Shown here piece by piece: positions 31,675-34,632 of a stretch of DNA of 34,632 bases; the first letter of the stretch is position 1, and every line of letters begins with the position of its first letter. Origin of the DNA: Methanobacteriota archaeon (GTDB lineage: Archaea; Thermoplasmatota; Poseidoniia; Poseidoniales; Poseidoniaceae); contig JAAZUV010000002.1 of assembly GCA_018623995.1 (NCBI GenBank), positions 1 through 34,632 of the forward strand, written 5' to 3'. Made by a program: the position numbers and the translations under genes. The notes under the pieces are model-generated. The model had not been told where the DNA came from, did not search any database, and saw nothing but the letters and a program-made list of their open reading frames with translations.

Positions 31675-32476
31675 CGGTATGAAGAAGATTCCACGGCCAT
31701 CGGTTTCGCAACTTCCGAAGCCTTCGGAACTGCATCTCATCGATGGTCGAAAAAACCTCCAGCAAATGAAGCAACAAAAGGTTCGATTGTATCAATGGCG
31801 AGCATTGTTTGGTCTTGCAGTATTGGTTCTCTGTGGTGTTGCAGGCTACTTTTTGTTTCAAGATGCTGCGAACATCATTGATTGGATCAAAAGTTTCGGA
31901 ATTTGGTCACCTGTATTGTTCACGATTGCACTTTCGTTGGCGATTGTTCTTCTTTTGCCAACACCATTTGTGAAAGTTGGTGCAGGCGCCATATTCCCGT
32001 TCTGGATGGCTGTCATCGTGAACTTTGTCGCATCCATGGTTGGAGGTTTGATTGCATTTGTTCTTGGAAGATGGCTCTTCCGAGAATCCATTCAAGAGGC
32101 CATCCAAAACGATCAGAGGATGCTCAACATCGAAGCTGCACTGGGCGAAGATGCGATGCGAATCTCGGTCTTAGTACGTCTTTCACCGATTCTTCCTGAC
32201 GAGTGGCTCAACTACATCATGTCGGCAACTCCTGTGACACCTCGCGTCTTCTTACTCTCGAATCTTTCAAGTCTGATTTATTGCCTGATTTACGCTTACT
32301 ACGGCCATGCTCTGGGTTCGATTGCTCTCAGTCGATCGGGGATGGCAGGCCTAACTGAGTCGAGTGGAGGACTGTTCTTACTTCTCCTCGGTATTGTTGC
32401 AACAGTCTTGGCGACTGTTATCGTGACGCGTACCTCAATTCGCGTGCTCAAGGACGCTATCGGGGAAGAAGAGTGA
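31616..32476 (+). CDS. DedA / TVP38-TMEM64 family membrane protein
   Basis: The likely start is ATG 31679 (MKKIPRP), 4 nt after the REC gene stop. The track start 31616 overlaps the REC gene. Family-like core LLLPTPFVKVGAGAIFPFWMAVIVNFVASMVGGLIAFVLGRWLFRE and RLSPILPDEWLNY. Ends IGEEE. Confidence 0.75.
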   Translation: MQQKCLVMSSHHCLNRKRNDGMKKIPRPSVSQLPKPSELHLIDGRKNLQQMKQQKVRLYQWRALFGLAVLVLCGVAGYFLFQDAANIIDWIKSFGIWSPVLFTIALSLAIVLLLPTPFVKVGAGAIFPFWMAVIVNFVASMVGGLIAFVLGRWLFRESIQEAIQNDQRMLNIEAALGEDAMRISVLVRLSPILPDEWLNYIMSATPVTPRVFLLSNLSSLIYCLIYAYYGHALGSIALSRSGMAGLTESSGGLFLLLLGIVATVLATVIVTRTSIRVLKDAIGEEE

Positions 32477-32546
32477 GGCATTTTGCCAAATCCATGAATC
32501 CATAGCCTTGATACAAGGTGTCTCTTGGCCAACATGGGGCGGGGTC

Positions 32547-34632
32547 ATGACACAAGGTGCACAACCAGTCATTCACGGTGCTGAATGGACGCCAAGTGAA
32601 GCGCTAACCTTCACACAACCGCTGCTTATTGATGCCGCTCGTGCAGAAGTGATGCGCTTCTTTTCAGAACGCCACGAAGGACACGTTTTCTTGGCAGCCA
32701 ACATCTGGGATCATCTCCATGTGGATGGTCAACATTCCTTTGATGGTGCATCTTGGCATGCGTTCAGTGAACGTTTTGTTGATGCATTCAAGCGAGGGTT
32801 TGAAGCACAAAACACACACAAGATTTCGACCATTCTCGAAGAAGAGGTGATGCCACGAAGAACCATCGAAGAGCATCTTCAACGACGAATGAAGCATCTT
32901 ATTGTCGATCTTCGTTTGTGCCTCAGGCGCCTTGCTCATTACATGTCGACAACGATGGAGCAGCGAATGGAATGGCAGCGTATGATGACGCGTACCCGCG
33001 CCATGGATGCGCACCTCAAAGAAGTGTTCTTTTCTGGTATGGAAACGCCTGACGGCTCTCGATTTGGAGGCAAGGGATTCCGCTCAACGTGGCAAGAAGG
33101 TGTTGTTGCCGTTGCTACAGCATTGAAGCGCACTGATGAGCCAGACAAATCACAAACACCCGGAAACGGGTATGATGGCGACCTCGTTGCTCCGATGATT
33201 CGTGATGTTGGCCTTGCACTCGCCATGGGTGACACGGTTGTTGATGTCATGGCCGCTCAAATGGGCAAGGCAGGATCAAACCAAAACGGTGGCCACGATG
33301 GTGCTGGAGGGCGTGATTTGCACATCGGTGCTTGGCATGTCGGTGTACTTCCACCTACAGCACCACTTCCTATTGCCAGTGCAACCATGACGGGTCTTGC
33401 TTTTGCAGGATGGAAGCAATCGCTCGATCGTTTCCACGTTGCATGCATCGGAGAGGGAGCCTCGTCCTCTGGAGAGTATTGGGAAGCCATCAACTTAGCA
33501 GGTGCACGAGGACTGCCGATTTGCTACATCCTCCAGAACAACCAGATTGCGCTTGACACGCCTCCTGCGCACCAATCAGGCGTTGAATTGTGGGCAGATA
33601 AGGCCGTAGCAATGGGATTCCCTGCATGGACCATCGATGGTTCTGATCCTGCAGCGTGGCATGCAAGTGTCGCTACAGCACGAGAATTTGGACTCGAAGG
33701 TGGTGGTCCGACCATGATTCATGTTGAAACCATGCGTGGTTGCGGTCACGCACACCATCACGATGACCTCTATCTCGGTTCAGAAACCGGAACACCTCCA
33801 GGTTACGTCGATCGTGATCTCCTCGAATATTGGGCGAACAAAGACCCTATCCCCTCACACCGTGAGTTGTTGTTGACACTTGGTGCCAGTGAAGAGCAAC
33901 TCGCTGCAATGGAATCTGAAGAACAACAGCATGTTGATGAAGCTCGCCAAGCAGTTGAAGCGATGGCATGGCCTGAGCCAGAAACCGTGACGAAGGGTGT
34001 TACAACACTCCATGATGCAAGGACGCATGATGACCATCTCGCCACGATTGGAGCCGTTCCAAACACGCAATCCAGAGCATCCCGTCAACCACTGGAGTAC
34101 GTCGAATCTGGTGGATGGACGTATGCTCGAGCCATTCAACAAGCCATGGTCGACATTGCGAACATGCATGGAGATGATTGTGTCTTCATTGGAGAAGATA
34201 TGGAGGTCGCTGGAGCATTTGGAATGAACATGGCCCTGAAGAACGCAGGACACCAAGAAAAGTTGGTCGATATGCCTCTCTGTGAGGCCATTATCGTTCA
34301 CACTGGTGTCGGAGCCGCCCTCTCTGGCATGCGTCCAATGGTTGAGATTCAATTTGGAGGATTTGCTGCTCTCGGTTTCAATGCCCTCATCAACAATGCA
34401 GCAATGTTACGCTGGCGCTGGGGTGCTGATTGTCCCATGACCATTCGTGTTCCACTTGGCGCACGCACTCGCTCGGGTCCGTTCCATGCGAACATGATCG
34501 AATCGTGGTTTGCCAACGACCCCGGACTGGTCGTCCTTGCCCCAGGAACGCCGCAAGATGCCTACGACCTATTGGTCGAAGCGGCACATCTTGATGATCC
34601 AGTCCTGTTCCTCGAACACATTGGACTGTATG
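32547..34632 (+). CDS. fused 2-oxoacid dehydrogenase E1 component, alpha + beta subunits, 3' end cut by window edge (not in supplied ORF track)
   Basis: My own translation from ATG 32547 stays open for 695 codons to the window end. The upstream in-frame stop is TGA 32424-32426, and TTG 32508 is an alternative start. The alpha part has a TPP motif IGEGASSSGEYWEAINLAGARGLPICYILQNN and MIHVETMRGCGHAHHHDD. The beta part has FIGEDMEVAGAFGMN, DMPLCEAIIVHTGVGAALSGMRPMVEIQFGGF and PFHANMIESWFANDPGLVVLAPGTPQDAYDLL. Confidence 0.85.
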   Translation, partial: MTQGAQPVIHGAEWTPSEALTFTQPLLIDAARAEVMRFFSERHEGHVFLAANIWDHLHVDGQHSFDGASWHAFSERFVDAFKRGFEAQNTHKISTILEEEVMPRRTIEEHLQRRMKHLIVDLRLCLRRLAHYMSTTMEQRMEWQRMMTRTRAMDAHLKEVFFSGMETPDGSRFGGKGFRSTWQEGVVAVATALKRTDEPDKSQTPGNGYDGDLVAPMIRDVGLALAMGDTVVDVMAAQMGKAGSNQNGGHDGAGGRDLHIGAWHVGVLPPTAPLPIASATMTGLAFAGWKQSLDRFHVACIGEGASSSGEYWEAINLAGARGLPICYILQNNQIALDTPPAHQSGVELWADKAVAMGFPAWTIDGSDPAAWHASVATAREFGLEGGGPTMIHVETMRGCGHAHHHDDLYLGSETGTPPGYVDRDLLEYWANKDPIPSHRELLLTLGASEEQLAAMESEEQQHVDEARQAVEAMAWPEPETVTKGVTTLHDARTHDDHLATIGAVPNTQSRASRQPLEYVESGGWTYARAIQQAMVDIANMHGDDCVFIGEDMEVAGAFGMNMALKNAGHQEKLVDMPLCEAIIVHTGVGAALSGMRPMVEIQFGGFAALGFNALINNAAMLRWRWGADCPMTIRVPLGARTRSGPFHANMIESWFANDPGLVVLAPGTPQDAYDLLVEAAHLDDPVLFLEHIGLY

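Noticed and set aside
32664-34587. Cluster of 60-165-aa ORFs on both strands listed by the track (e.g. 33855-34352 minus)
   Set aside because: All are shadows of the long open-ended plus-strand E1 alpha/beta reading frame starting at 32547. The track omits that frame because it has no stop inside the window.
1-34632. Searched for mobile elements, prophage, defence islands, CRISPR, tRNA and rRNA
   Set aside because: I recognised no integrase, transposase, Cas, restriction-modification or toxin-antitoxin signatures in any frame. All intergenic spacers are under 115 bp, which is too short for structured RNA genes of tRNA size with flanks. Apart from the ABC junction 15-mer and the operator-like 12-mer, no long non-coding direct or inverted repeats were seen.

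Overview
This is a gene-dense 34.6-kb window with about 26 protein genes. I saw no rRNA, tRNA, CRISPR array, transposase or integrase. It reads like a chromosomal segment of an uncultured marine planktonic euryarchaeon, probably Marine Group II / Poseidoniales-like. That assignment is inference from archaeal markers (RibL FAD synthetase, a Gar1 core, short archaeal-type RibH, TATA-like promoters) combined with a bacterial-type gpsA and giant surface proteins.

Gene content, left to right:
- a 5'-truncated acidic ORF
- a 2225-aa FG-GAP surface protein
- S-adenosylhomocysteine hydrolase
- a minus-strand block: TPR membrane protein, Gar1-like protein with RanBP2 zinc fingers and RGG repeats, 638-aa secreted protein, ABC-2 permease and ATPase
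- a membrane protein
- an ABC importer (PhnC/PhnE-like) whose binding protein is a tandem-duplicated transferrin-like lipoprotein
- a small acidic ORF, gpsA, and an endonuclease-IV-like TIM barrel with a charged tail
- a compact riboflavin/FAD operon (ribB-ribL-ribE-ribH)
- a DUF457-like membrane protein
- a 1196-aa beta-propeller / thrombospondin-type-3-repeat surface protein
- trxB, a MoeB/ThiF-rhodanese E1-like enzyme, a receiver-domain protein and a DedA/TVP38 membrane protein
- a fused 2-oxoacid dehydrogenase E1 alpha/beta gene that runs off the 3' edge. It is absent from the supplied ORF track because it has no stop in the window.

Most interesting observations:
- the bilobal transferrin homologue, with apparently intact Fe-ligand sets, wired to an ABC importer and preceded by twin palindromic operator-like repeats around a TATA box
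- the eukaryote-like Gar1 + 2x RanBP2-ZnF + RGG architecture
- five of 25 complete proteins ending in -EEE, including two ATPase-permease junctions that share an identical 15-nt SD/stop-start overlap
- short aromatic/Q-rich cytoplasmic tails on both giant surface proteins

All functional calls come from motif recognition by eye. No database search was run.
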